From positions 1 to 63,612 of the forward strand of contig JBJFAY010000098.1 of assembly GCA_051888155.1 (NCBI GenBank): a stretch of DNA of 63,612 nucleotides. Reading direction: 5' to 3'. Of this stretch, positions 26,228-36,020 are shown in pieces. The position numbers and the translations under genes are program-made. The first letter of the stretch is position 1; the number at the start of each line of letters is the position of its first letter. The stretch is from Alphaproteobacteria bacterium (GTDB taxonomy: Bacteria > Pseudomonadota > Alphaproteobacteria > CAAGCB01 > CAG-977). Under the pieces are notes generated by a model. It was not told the origin of the DNA, ran no database searches, and saw only the letters and a program-made list of their open reading frames with translations.

Positions 26228-26458
26228 CTACGCCTGCGGCTTTTCCTGCGGCGGGGTTATTTTGACGGATTTCCACTGACGCGGATCCAAAAGAGCGGAC
26301 AAAGCGACTGTTACGGTTCTTTCGTTTCCGCCCTGCTCGTTTAAACGGACATGCGGCGGCAGATCGGGAAATTCAATGACTCGTTCCACCAGCCATTTTG
26401 ACGACAAACCGCTGGCTTTTTGAAAAACATCGTTGGGCTGTACAGGGTATTTTGCCAT
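26228..26458 (-). CDS. Small hypothetical protein
   Basis: 76-codon ORF with no recognised motif. Confidence 0.35.
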   Translation of the reverse strand: MAKYPVQPNDVFQKASGLSSKWLVERVIEFPDLPPHVRLNEQGGNERTVTVALSALLDPRQWKSVKITPPQEKPQA

Positions 26459-26550
26459 TTTATCACGCTCTTTCTTCGTTAATGACTTACGGTTTCCTAC
26501 CGTAATAAAACAACATTCTAAATCAAGACTTCCCGAAGTTCAAATAAAAG

Positions 26551-28848
26551 TTACTTTTGAATCAAACGGCGCAGTTCGGCAATCCTTCGGACGGCGTCGT
26601 CAGACCTGCGCATAAATTCCACGCGCAGCCGCTTTGCTCCGGCGGCCAGCATTTCGCGTTTTTTCACGACGGGCCGTTTTGACAACAGAAAATGACGACA
26701 GTTCTTCATCACGGAAACAAATTCGCCGTACCTTGACGCGATTATTTCCTGCCGGTTTCCGCCGCACTTTTGACATTTTCCGTCCAAAGCCGCATACGGA
26801 CACGTTTCCGATACGAACAAAGGCGGATCCTGATAAATAACTCCCGCCGCCATATCGGGAAAAGCGGCAAATAAAAAAGCGGGATCCGGCGTTTCGGGCG
26901 ACACGACAAATCCGGACGCACCCATGTCCGACAACGCCTGCGCCGCGGAAGAATTGGCAACATAAACCGGCCAGTCGAAAGACAGATCGACTTTCCGCCC
27001 TTTAAAAACGCTTAACCCCCATACGTTGCCGATTTCAAATTTTTCATATCCGGCAGTCATTAAAGCCTGAACACGGCGCTTTAACGATTCCGTTTCCCAT
27101 GCTCTGGCAACGGCCGGCAGAGCAAAACGGGTTTTTTCTTTCGGCAGCATATTCGGCAAAACCGCCGGCGTATCCGGCGATAATTCAAAAACGATTTCGT
27201 CAACCGGAACATCTTCCCGAACCAGCGCCGCCGCCAAAGCCGGATCGTCCGTTTTAACGCTGTAAAAAACAGCGCCGGACGGCGAAACAAACGCCGGAAA
27301 CGTTTCCTGTTTTAAAATGTTTTCTTTTTCCCGCGTTTTTTGTTCCTGCCGCGCCTGCGTCAATACTGCCCCGGCCTGCTCATACAACCGCCGGCGCAAT
27401 TCATTTAAAACAGACAGCGGCACAAACAGCTTTTCAGGATTTTCGACAGTCAGCCCGCCTAAAACAAGCCCTGTCCCGCCCGTTTTTGAAAAAGCGTCAT
27501 AAATCGCTTTTCGTACCGTTTCAAAGGATTTTGCCGCGGTAAAATTCCCCGGCAACGAAACGGTTATTCCCGCCGCTTCGGCGGAAATACCGTCGCTTTT
27601 TACGACGACGCCGACCGAAACAACATTTTCCGCGGCTTCCGATTCTTTCGGTTTTGTATAGGGATACGCTTTCTTTACCGCCCCCGAAGAAGACAAATAA
27701 ACCGCCGCGCCGACCGGAATAAACGGCGCTTTTTCCGGCAGAGCGATTTCTGCCCGGCTGCCCGCCGGCGCTTCAAAAACATTTCTGCCCTTTACACGCA
27801 GCGTTTCGGCCGAAAATCCGAAAGGCCGCTCCGTCTTCGGCAGATCAATCTGTATGCCGTCATACCGCCCGACCGCCGCCGCAGTTTTAAAACAGATGAA
27901 TCTGTCTTTGCCATGCATCGAAAAACCTTCGATTTTTCCTAAAGCCAACCCGCGGTGCCCGACGATATCGGGATCGACGACGCCGAAATTCCGCCGTCCC
28001 TTTAAATACAGTTCCGTTGTCGGACGGCTGAAAATACAACGGATCCCGTCGCGTTTTTCCGCCAGCGTTTTCCGGTCTGTTTCCCCGTCCAGAATCGAAC
28101 GGTAATAATCAGTAACGGCGGAAACGTACAACGGACTTTTTTTACGCCCTTCAATCTTCAAAGCTGTTACGCCCGCTTTTTCCAACAGGCGCACATTTTC
28201 CTCCTGCGCCATATCTTTCATGGAAAAGACATGTTTCGATTCGCCGGCAACGTTAAACGGCTCGCGGCAGGGATAAACGCATTTTCCCCGGTTGGCGCTG
28301 CGGCCCGCATAAATTGAAGAAAACAAGCATAAGCCGCTGTAACAGTAACACAAAGCGCCGTGAATAAAGACTTCTTTTTCAATTCCCGGCACACGACAGA
28401 TATCCGTAATTTCGTCCAAAGTCAGCTCGCGCGCCAGAACAACGCGCTTAAATCCGAGATCGCGCAAAGCCTCCGCCCCTTCGCGGTTATGAACGGCCAT
28501 CTGCGTGCTGGCATGCAGCCGCAAAGCGGGAAAATATTTTTTAATCAGCCGCGCCGTTCCATGATCCTGAACGATCACCCCGTCGGCGCCGGCCGCGGCG
28601 ATTATTTGCAGCGTTTCAATCAGATCGGCTTTTTCATTTTCAAAAAAAACCGTGTTGACCGCCGTCAGCACTTTTTTGCCGTTTTCATGCGCATAACGCA
28701 CAAAACCGGCAAATTTATCCGGCGTAAAGTTTTCAGCTTCGGCTCTGGCCGAAAAACGGGTCAGTCCCAGATAAACCGCGTCCGCCCCATAGGCAAAAGC
28801 GGCATACCCCGATTCGATCTGCCCTGCGGGCGCCAACAATTCAACCAT
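26551..28848 (-). CDS. Long peptidase-U32 family protein
   Basis: U32 signature region EVFIHGALCYCYSGLCLFSS...RSANRGKCVYPCR, followed by a C-terminal Cys-rich extension. Confidence 0.8.
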   Translation of the reverse strand: MVELLAPAGQIESGYAAFAYGADAVYLGLTRFSARAEAENFTPDKFAGFVRYAHENGKKVLTAVNTVFFENEKADLIETLQIIAAAGADGVIVQDHGTARLIKKYFPALRLHASTQMAVHNREGAEALRDLGFKRVVLARELTLDEITDICRVPGIEKEVFIHGALCYCYSGLCLFSSIYAGRSANRGKCVYPCREPFNVAGESKHVFSMKDMAQEENVRLLEKAGVTALKIEGRKKSPLYVSAVTDYYRSILDGETDRKTLAEKRDGIRCIFSRPTTELYLKGRRNFGVVDPDIVGHRGLALGKIEGFSMHGKDRFICFKTAAAVGRYDGIQIDLPKTERPFGFSAETLRVKGRNVFEAPAGSRAEIALPEKAPFIPVGAAVYLSSSGAVKKAYPYTKPKESEAAENVVSVGVVVKSDGISAEAAGITVSLPGNFTAAKSFETVRKAIYDAFSKTGGTGLVLGGLTVENPEKLFVPLSVLNELRRRLYEQAGAVLTQARQEQKTREKENILKQETFPAFVSPSGAVFYSVKTDDPALAAALVREDVPVDEIVFELSPDTPAVLPNMLPKEKTRFALPAVARAWETESLKRRVQALMTAGYEKFEIGNVWGLSVFKGRKVDLSFDWPVYVANSSAAQALSDMGASGFVVSPETPDPAFLFAAFPDMAAGVIYQDPPLFVSETCPYAALDGKCQKCGGNRQEIIASRYGEFVSVMKNCRHFLLSKRPVVKKREMLAAGAKRLRVEFMRRSDDAVRRIAELRRLIQK

Positions 28849-29719
28849 TAAACTCCACCCCTGAAACGCGCATTGTTCCGGCGGTCAGAACCGCTCGACC
28901 GCCGACGGGCCATACGGCCGATCCGGCCTGATGCCCGTAAGGAAATCCCGAAAACACGGGCCGGTTTATTCTGTGTTTCCACTCGTTTAAAACGTCTTCA
29001 ATCGTTCCGTCCGCCGGATCTTTTGCTTTGCAGTCCATAAAGACTCCGAAAATAACGGCCGCCGTTTTTTCAAACACTCCGGCATTTTCCAACTGCGTCA
29101 TCAACCGGTCGATCACATAGGGTTCTTCACTGAGATCTTCCAACACAAGAATATTACCGGACATATCCGGAAAATAAGGCGTTCCGAGCAATCCGGCGAT
29201 CAAAGACAGACACCCGCCGACCAGCCGTCCGGCAATTTCTCCGCCGTCATAATCGGATTCAAGCCCGGAAAAAACCTGTTCCCGCCCGCTTAAACAATCA
29301 GACAAAGACTGTTCCGTATAAGGAAACATTTCGCGCCCGTGACGCGGCTTCATCAAATAGCCCGAGAAACTGATCAATCCTGATTTTTCCAGTAAAGCCA
29401 GCTGCAACGCGGTCGTATCGCTTAACCCGACAAACGGTTTTTTATGAGCGGCTATCAACCGGTAGTCAAGCATTCCCAACATTCTGGTAGACCCGTACCC
29501 CCCGCAGGCCGCCATAATCACATCGACCTCGTTATCGCGGAATAATGCGGCCAAATCAGCGGCGCGTTCTTCGTCCGATCCGGCAAGAAAACGATTTTTT
29601 GCGTATAGATGCGCCGATTCTTTGATTTGATATCCCTTGCTTTTCCAATAAGCTATACCGCCGGCCAGAACGTTTTCGTCAACGGCGCCGGACGGCGTCA
29701 GAACACCGATGGTTTTCAT
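28841..29719 (-). CDS. ldcA: LD-carboxypeptidase (peptidase S66, LdcA-like)
   Basis: FLAGSDEERAADL, ACGGYGS and later H/E blocks typical of S66. Confidence 0.8.
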   Translation of the reverse strand: MKTIGVLTPSGAVDENVLAGGIAYWKSKGYQIKESAHLYAKNRFLAGSDEERAADLAALFRDNEVDVIMAACGGYGSTRMLGMLDYRLIAAHKKPFVGLSDTTALQLALLEKSGLISFSGYLMKPRHGREMFPYTEQSLSDCLSGREQVFSGLESDYDGGEIAGRLVGGCLSLIAGLLGTPYFPDMSGNILVLEDLSEEPYVIDRLMTQLENAGVFEKTAAVIFGVFMDCKAKDPADGTIEDVLNEWKHRINRPVFSGFPYGHQAGSAVWPVGGRAVLTAGTMRVSGVEFNG

Positions 29720-31083
29720 GCGACAGCCTCATAAATACTGCGGGCAAAATCACTCAGCGTTTCATCGCGCGCGCCCATAATGACAATTCTGTCCCCTTTG
29801 GCGGCCAGCCCTTTGACCAGCGTCGTTATCTTTTTGCGGTCGGGAATAAAGTGCACGCGCTTTCCCGTGCGTTCCAGATCTCTGACCAGATCGGCCGAAG
29901 AAATATCTTTCTGCGCCGTCCCGCCGGCATAATAAATCTCCTGCATAATCAACGTATCGTCCAAACTCAACAGACGATCAAACGCTTCGACAATACCGGC
30001 GCGCATGATTTTCGTCGGTTTAAATCCGTGCGGCTGATAAATAACGATTAATCTGCCTTTATATTCTTTTAAAGCGCTTAACGCGGCAGAAATTTTTTCG
30101 GGATTATGAGCAAAATCATCAATAACGGCAATGCCTTTTTTCGTTACGCCGACCGTTTCCAGACGCCGGTGTATTCCTTTGAAAGACTCCAAGGCCTTCA
30201 AAGCCTGATTTCTGGGGATTCCGATCATTTCCGCCGCCGCGACGGCAGCCAAAGCATTGGCGACGTTATGCCGCCCGATCACCGGCAGAAAAACCTCTTC
30301 GCCGTCCAGCATAAAACGCACCCCGTTTTCAACGGGAGTAATATTCACGGCTTTTAAATCCGCGTCCGTTCCCTGAACGGAAAAAGACAACACGTTCGAA
30401 TTGCGGTTCTTTAACGCAATCGTATCGGCATTATCCGCATTCAGCACGGCGCCGACGGACGCCCGTTCAACAAAATCGCCGAACAATACTTTTAATTCTT
30501 CAATCGGTTTATGATCCAAAGAAATTGACGTAACGATCGAAACGGCCGGCTTGTATAATTCTATCGACCCGTCGCTTTCATCAGCTTCGATAACACAGAA
30601 AGCGCCGCGGCCCGCAATAACGTTTCCCATTCCCAGCGAATCCGCATAATTTAACATCACTCCGCCATTAATAACGCTGGGATCGACGCCGGCTTCTTTT
30701 AAAATATGACCGATCATGCCCGTAGTCGTTGTCTTGCCGCTGGTGCCGCCGACGGCAATACCGTTGTGTTCATGCAGGAAATCAGCCAGAATCTGCGCCC
30801 GCGTAAATACCGGCACATTTAACTGCCGGGCTTTTATGACGTCGGGAATCGTTTCTTCCACGGCCGAAGAAACGACCAAAGCGTCCGTTTGAGCGTCAAT
30901 TCCGCCGCCGTCTTGGGCAAACAGACGGATCCCCTGATTTTCCAGGATATGAAACTTTTCCGCATACAACCCCGCGTCCCGGGATCTGTCCGACCCGCAG
31001 ATATCCGCCCCTTTGTTTTTCAAAGCAAGAGCAAGAGAGCTCATACCGCTGCCGCCGACGCCGCAAAAAAAGTATTTTTTCAT
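29716..31083 (-). CDS. Mur ligase family protein (MurC/Mpl-like)
   Basis: GVGGSGMSSLA, GGTSGKTTTT, EADESDGS, SFKGIHRR and DDFAHNPEK blocks. Start at MKKYFF (31083). The 4-nt overlap with ldcA suggests a recycling (Mpl-like) role. Confidence 0.75.
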   Translation of the reverse strand: MKKYFFCGVGGSGMSSLALALKNKGADICGSDRSRDAGLYAEKFHILENQGIRLFAQDGGGIDAQTDALVVSSAVEETIPDVIKARQLNVPVFTRAQILADFLHEHNGIAVGGTSGKTTTTGMIGHILKEAGVDPSVINGGVMLNYADSLGMGNVIAGRGAFCVIEADESDGSIELYKPAVSIVTSISLDHKPIEELKVLFGDFVERASVGAVLNADNADTIALKNRNSNVLSFSVQGTDADLKAVNITPVENGVRFMLDGEEVFLPVIGRHNVANALAAVAAAEMIGIPRNQALKALESFKGIHRRLETVGVTKKGIAVIDDFAHNPEKISAALSALKEYKGRLIVIYQPHGFKPTKIMRAGIVEAFDRLLSLDDTLIMQEIYYAGGTAQKDISSADLVRDLERTGKRVHFIPDRKKITTLVKGLAAKGDRIVIMGARDETLSDFARSIYEAVA

Positions 31084-31193
31084 TACATTCTCCCGTTTCA
31101 TGAAACAAAATACATTTTTTATATGTAAAAAAAGATAAATTAAGGTAAACTGAGTTTAAAGTTTTCTTCTCTTTACGTCAAAAGGAGTTTGCA

Positions 31194-31991
31194 ATGCGCT
31201 TCAGCCGCTTATTTGTTTTTTCGCTTGTCTTCACAGGATCAGCCCTGTCCGCGCAGGCACAATATACGTCCAGATCGGCAGCGCCGACTGAAACTGCGCC
31301 AAAAACCGGGACAAACGCCGCAGCTCCCGCGCCGGCCGCAAAAACAAATCCGTATACCGGAACAAGAACTGCAGCTCCCGCGCCGACGGCAAAAACAAAT
31401 CCGTACACCGGAACAAGCGCCGCAACAGCCGCGCCGGCCGCAAAAACAAATCCGTATACCGGGACAGGCGCCGCGGCAGCCGCGCCGAACACAAAACAGC
31501 AGCAACAGCAACCGGCACAAGCGGTATTTCGTCCGCGGCCGCAGCAGCCTGCGGCTATGCCTCAAACAGCAGAAGACGATGAACTGCCCTCATTTGACGC
31601 TTTAGAAAAACCGGCCGCGGCCGCGCAGGGATCTAATCTGCCTCCTCCACCGCCCCCGCCGCCTCCTAAAGGAGAAATCTGGATTTATATGGCCGACGCT
31701 TCCTACGAAAATCCAACGGGATATAAAATGTCTTGTGATTGGAAGATTGTTTTACAAAACAGAACAGATACTACCATCAAAAAATTGAATATCACTTATA
31801 CTTTACTTAACGTTAATTATCCGTTGAGTTTTATGGGCATTGCTCCAAATTCTTCATATGTATGGGATCAAGCCATGTATTCGGAAAAATGTCCGGCAAT
31901 GGTACAGTCCAAGCCGAAAATAAATGTTATCTCATGCAAATTGGGAACCGTTACCAATCAAGACTGTTCAAAATATATTGTTGTGAAATAA
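31194..31991 (+). CDS. Secreted low-complexity repeat protein with a C-terminal globular domain
   Basis: Signal peptide, three copies of AAPAPAAKTNPYTGT, a poly-Q run, a P9 run, then about 110 aa of ordinary sequence. Confidence 0.65.
   Translation: MRFSRLFVFSLVFTGSALSAQAQYTSRSAAPTETAPKTGTNAAAPAPAAKTNPYTGTRTAAPAPTAKTNPYTGTSAATAAPAAKTNPYTGTGAAAAAPNTKQQQQQPAQAVFRPRPQQPAAMPQTAEDDELPSFDALEKPAAAAQGSNLPPPPPPPPPKGEIWIYMADASYENPTGYKMSCDWKIVLQNRTDTTIKKLNITYTLLNVNYPLSFMGIAPNSSYVWDQAMYSEKCPAMVQSKPKINVISCKLGTVTNQDCSKYIVVK
31320..31475 (+). repeat. Tandem repeat of about 51 bp, three copies, in frame
   Basis: GCAGCTCCCGCGCCGGCCGCAAAAACAAATCCGTATACCGGAACA... recurs with few substitutions. Confidence 0.8.
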
Positions 31992-32006
31992 TCCGGACAA
32001 TTTTCG

Positions 32007-33782
32007 GTGAATCGTTTTTTATACCGCTTTGTTTTCTGGACGGGAATTTTTTTGTGCGCCGGCCGGCCGGTCGGCGCAGAAGAATTAATCCGATTAATTC
32101 CGCCGTCCGAAGCGGAAAATACTTCTGAAACAGCCGTATTGTCATCGCTGGACAAGGCTTTGTATACTCAGATTTTTTCCCATTTGGACAACGGCGCGTT
32201 CAAAGAAGCGGAAATTTTGTTGGAAACAGTCGAAGACGATTTGTTGAAAGGATATATTCTGGCGCAGATTTATCTGGCCGAAGAATCTCAGCCGACAAAA
32301 AAACAGCTGGGCGACTGGTTGAAAAAATATGCCGATCTGCCGATTGCCGAAGAAGTTTATAATTTAGCCGCAAAGAAAAAAGCGCCTCTGCCGCGAAAAA
32401 AGCCGTCCGATCCGGCGGCACATATGGCAGCCGGAGCCTGTACTTCCATACGAATCGCCGATCCGATTGATTTGGTTTTTTTTAAAAGAGCCGCTTATGT
32501 TCCCGAACCGGAACGCAAAAAAGTCCGTACGTCCATGTTGTATTTTTCCTCGGCAATCCGCCGCGGCAAAACACTGGCCGCCAAGTTGCACTTAAATGAA
32601 AAACATGTCAAAAAACATCTGTCGCAAAAAGACCGCGACGATTCTTTGACAGCGCTGGCTTTCGCTTATTTTATTGACCGGCAGGACGAAAAAGCCTGGG
32701 AAACGATTCAAGAACCGGTCAAACGAGCGGATAAACGTAATCCGACGGCTCATTGGGTTGCCGGATTGACGGCTTTTCGTATGCAGAAATGGGAAGAAGC
32801 CGAAAAAGCGTTTAAGACTCTGGCCGCTCACCCGAAAGCCATTCCGACGCAAAAATCCGCGGCGGCATTTTGGACAACGCGCGTTTTGTTAAAAACAAAA
32901 AAATACAGAGAAATAAATTCTTATCTGCAACAAGCGGCGACTGCCGCGCCGAATTTCTTTTACGGCATTCTGGCTCAAAGGGCTCTGGGCTGGCCGATCG
33001 GCCATTCCTGGAAAAGTTCTTCACTGGAAAAACCGGACATGGACGCCGTTTTAAAAGAACTGGGCGGACGCAGAGCCGTTGCTTTTGTTCAGATCGGACA
33101 AATGGATTTTGCAGAAAAAGAGCTGATTAAACTTTACGCCGAAAATAAAAAGCTGCGCAAACAGCTGTTGGCTTATGCGGAATCGGTTACCGAATATCCG
33201 GATCTCAGCGTACGGCTGGCCGCTTTGTCCGGAGAAATCGAAACGCCGGACGGCGATGACGCTTTATTCCCCTACCCTAACTGGACTCCGACAAACGGCT
33301 GGCAGCTGGATAAAGCGCTGGTATACGCTTTTGTCCGTCAGGAATCCTGCTTCAAAAATCGGGCGTTCAGCAAAGCCGGCGCCCGCGGAGTCATGCAGTT
33401 GATGCCGTCTACGGCGCGATTAATGGCGCGGCGGCTAAAACAACCTTATCAGCTCAGCCGGCTGCATAAAATTCCTTATAACCTGATGATCGGGCAAGAA
33501 TTAATCAAAACGCTTTTGAATTACACAGCGATCGACGGCAACCTTTTAATGACAATCGCGTCTTATAACTGCGGACCGAAGAACACCGTTAAATGGCAGA
33601 AACGTGAAGATTTCAAAGATGATCCCTTAATGTTTGTCGAAGGCATACCGTCGCGGGAAACACGCGGCTTTGTCAAAAAAGTCATGGGCAATTACTGGAT
33701 CTACCGCAGCTTGTTCGGCGGAGATTTATCGTCGATTGACGATGTTCTGGCCGGGAAATATCCGGTTTATAAACCTCAATAA
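32007..33782 (+). CDS. Soluble lytic murein transglycosylase (Slt family)
   Basis: Helical superhelix N-terminal domain and an SLT catalytic block (VRQESCFKNRAFSKAGARGVMQLMPSTA). GTG start. Confidence 0.8.
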   Translation: MNRFLYRFVFWTGIFLCAGRPVGAEELIRLIPPSEAENTSETAVLSSLDKALYTQIFSHLDNGAFKEAEILLETVEDDLLKGYILAQIYLAEESQPTKKQLGDWLKKYADLPIAEEVYNLAAKKKAPLPRKKPSDPAAHMAAGACTSIRIADPIDLVFFKRAAYVPEPERKKVRTSMLYFSSAIRRGKTLAAKLHLNEKHVKKHLSQKDRDDSLTALAFAYFIDRQDEKAWETIQEPVKRADKRNPTAHWVAGLTAFRMQKWEEAEKAFKTLAAHPKAIPTQKSAAAFWTTRVLLKTKKYREINSYLQQAATAAPNFFYGILAQRALGWPIGHSWKSSSLEKPDMDAVLKELGGRRAVAFVQIGQMDFAEKELIKLYAENKKLRKQLLAYAESVTEYPDLSVRLAALSGEIETPDGDDALFPYPNWTPTNGWQLDKALVYAFVRQESCFKNRAFSKAGARGVMQLMPSTARLMARRLKQPYQLSRLHKIPYNLMIGQELIKTLLNYTAIDGNLLMTIASYNCGPKNTVKWQKREDFKDDPLMFVEGIPSRETRGFVKKVMGNYWIYRSLFGGDLSSIDDVLAGKYPVYKPQ

Positions 33783-35659
33783 CCCTCTTCTTCCAAAGGC
33801 GGCAGAGAAATATCGTGAACGACTTTTCCCCAAATCTGCGCGGGCAGGCCGCCGCCCGTTACTTTTTTCATCGGCGTTTCGTCATCATTACCGACCCATA
33901 TTCCGGCTGCCAGTTCCTGCGTATAACCGATGAACCAGGCGTCGCGGTAATTTTGCGTCGTTCCTGTTTTTCCCTTGGCCAAAACCGTCGGATTGGCCTG
34001 TTGGCCCGTCCCGTATTGAATAACGTCAATTAAAACGGAATCCAACTCGGCGACATAGCGCGGATTAACCAATCTGGCGCGCCCGCTGTCGGAACGAGAA
34101 TACAGCACCTGCCCGTTTTGCCCCAAAATTTCCGTAATTCCGTAAGGTGTTACCGCAAATCCTCCGTTTAACAAAGACGCATACGCCGCCACAGCGTCAA
34201 TCAAGCGCGTCTGACAAACCCCCAGAGCGATCGCCCCGTTCGCTTCGCAATCAGATCCGGCAATACCGAATTTACGCGCCGTTTTTAATACGGAACGGAC
34301 GCCCGTCTTTACAGCCGTCGCGACGGCTACCGTGTTGACGGAATGAACCAAAGCGTCATGCAGGGAAATACGGCCGTAGTATTTTCCGCTGAAGTTTTTA
34401 GGACTCCAGCCGTTCAGATAAAGCGGTTTGTCTTCAACAAAATCAGAAGCGGCGGCTCCTTGTTCGAAAGCGGTTAAATAAACAAAGGGTTTAATTGCCG
34501 ATCCGATCTGCCGGCGCGCTTCAACCGCGCGGTTAAACTGGCTGAAACGATAATCTTTTCCGCCGGTCATGGCAAGAACCGCGCCGTCCTGATCCATAAT
34601 GACGCCGGCTGCCTGCGTGACGTTTTTTTCTTTAGCTTCCTCTGAATTCAAAGCGCTGACGATTTCTTTATCCAAAATGATCTGTTTATCAGGGCGCAGA
34701 GTCGTCTTAACAACAATATCCTGTCCGATACTGCCCAGATAAGCTTCGGTTTCATCTGCGATCCAGTCCGTGAAATAAAAAACGGATTTGCTTTTATCCT
34801 TTTCCGCCACCGCGCCGGTTTCCGCAGCGTTCAAAGCCGTTTTAGCTGAAACGAATCCCGCTTTGACCATATTGGCCAGAACCAGTCTGGCCCGCTTATC
34901 CGCCGCCTGCGGGTGAGTCAGAGGATTATAACGGCTCGGCGCTTTTAACACGCCGGCCAAAACGGCCGCCTGATATAAATTCAGACGCCGGGCTTTTACG
35001 CCGTAATACTTTTGCGCGGCGGCTTCAATGCCGTAAGTCCCGGCTCCGAAATAAACGCGATTCAAATAAATCGTTAATATCTGATCTTTTGTCAGTTTGT
35101 ATTCCAGCCAGAAAGACAGCAGCAGCTCTTGCACTTTGCGCCGGATTGTTTTTTCCGAAGACAAAAACAGATTTTTGGCCACCTGCTGCGTTAAGGTGCT
35201 GGCTCCCTGCGCTTTGCGCCCTTTAATAAGATTGACCGTCAAAGCGCGCGCCACAGAACGCGGATCAATGCCGAAATGCGAATAAAAGCGTCTGTCTTCG
35301 GTTGCGATAACCGCTTGCGCCACATAATCAGGCAGCCGTTTTAATTCCACGGGACGGCCGTACTGCGATCCGTAAGACGCAATTTCCGAACCGTCCGCCG
35401 CCAAAATATAAATTTTCGGCGCCCGCGGATTTTTAACGGCTTTTTCAATATCCGGCAAGGTTACCGCGCAATGCCCGATATAAACGGCAATGACAGCCGC
35501 CGCGCCGAGGACGAATCGAATCGTCCGCCTGTTCAGAAAAAAAGCCCGTAACAGCCCGATTCCTTTTGCCGGACGCGGAAAAGGCCGTTTTTGCGTCTTT
35601 TTTCCCGACTCGGCGGATTTTTTGCGCTTTGCCGGCTGACTTCCTGTCTTTTTTGTCAT
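33776..35659 (-). CDS. Class A penicillin-binding protein (PBP1A family)
   Basis: GT51 motifs (ATEDRRFYSHFGIDP, GASTLTQQ) and transpeptidase motifs (SAIKP, SVN, KTGTT). Confidence 0.9.
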   Translation of the reverse strand: MTKKTGSQPAKRKKSAESGKKTQKRPFPRPAKGIGLLRAFFLNRRTIRFVLGAAAVIAVYIGHCAVTLPDIEKAVKNPRAPKIYILAADGSEIASYGSQYGRPVELKRLPDYVAQAVIATEDRRFYSHFGIDPRSVARALTVNLIKGRKAQGASTLTQQVAKNLFLSSEKTIRRKVQELLLSFWLEYKLTKDQILTIYLNRVYFGAGTYGIEAAAQKYYGVKARRLNLYQAAVLAGVLKAPSRYNPLTHPQAADKRARLVLANMVKAGFVSAKTALNAAETGAVAEKDKSKSVFYFTDWIADETEAYLGSIGQDIVVKTTLRPDKQIILDKEIVSALNSEEAKEKNVTQAAGVIMDQDGAVLAMTGGKDYRFSQFNRAVEARRQIGSAIKPFVYLTAFEQGAAASDFVEDKPLYLNGWSPKNFSGKYYGRISLHDALVHSVNTVAVATAVKTGVRSVLKTARKFGIAGSDCEANGAIALGVCQTRLIDAVAAYASLLNGGFAVTPYGITEILGQNGQVLYSRSDSGRARLVNPRYVAELDSVLIDVIQYGTGQQANPTVLAKGKTGTTQNYRDAWFIGYTQELAAGIWVGNDDETPMKKVTGGGLPAQIWGKVVHDISLPPLEEEGY

Positions 35660-35758
35660 CTTTTTTAAATAGGTTACTATTTATTAATAAAGCTGGAACA
35701 CAATCGAAACATAGACCTGAAGAGCTTAAAACCAAGTTAAATTCAAGGACCTTATATC

Positions 35759-35974
35759 ATGACAGCCGCGTTTTCCCCTCAAAAGAAACTTTCTTTGAAA
35801 ATAGACGCTCCCCTTTATTCCCTGTTGGAAAAACAGGCGGACGAAACCGGCGTCGGATTGAACGATTTTATTCAACAGCTGCTGGCGGACGCAATGAACG
35901 ACTGGTGCGAATACTGCGATACGTTGCGCCGTTTATCGTCTGACGACGAACCCAGACATCTTTGTTTAAAATAG
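35759..35974 (+). CDS. Ribbon-helix-helix (Arc/HicB-C-like) DNA-binding protein; orphan
   Basis: KKLSLKIDAPLYSLLEKQADETGVGLNDFIQQLL pattern. There is no adjacent toxin ORF. Confidence 0.5.
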   Translation: MTAAFSPQKKLSLKIDAPLYSLLEKQADETGVGLNDFIQQLLADAMNDWCEYCDTLRRLSSDDEPRHLCLK

Positions 35975-35984
35975 TACCGGATTA

Positions 35985-36018
35985 CAAAAAAACCGCTTTA
36001 AACAAGCGGTTTTTTTTA
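35985..36018. terminator. Bidirectional intrinsic terminator
   Basis: AACCGCTT-TAAAC-AAGCGGTT flanked by A7 and T8. Confidence 0.7.
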
Positions 36019-36020
36019 TC

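Noticed and set aside
31178-31565. Minus-strand ORFs rich in A/V/G or R/C
   Set aside because: They are mirror images of the 51-bp tandem repeats in the plus-strand secreted-protein gene. That gene has a signal peptide and a ribosome-binding site.
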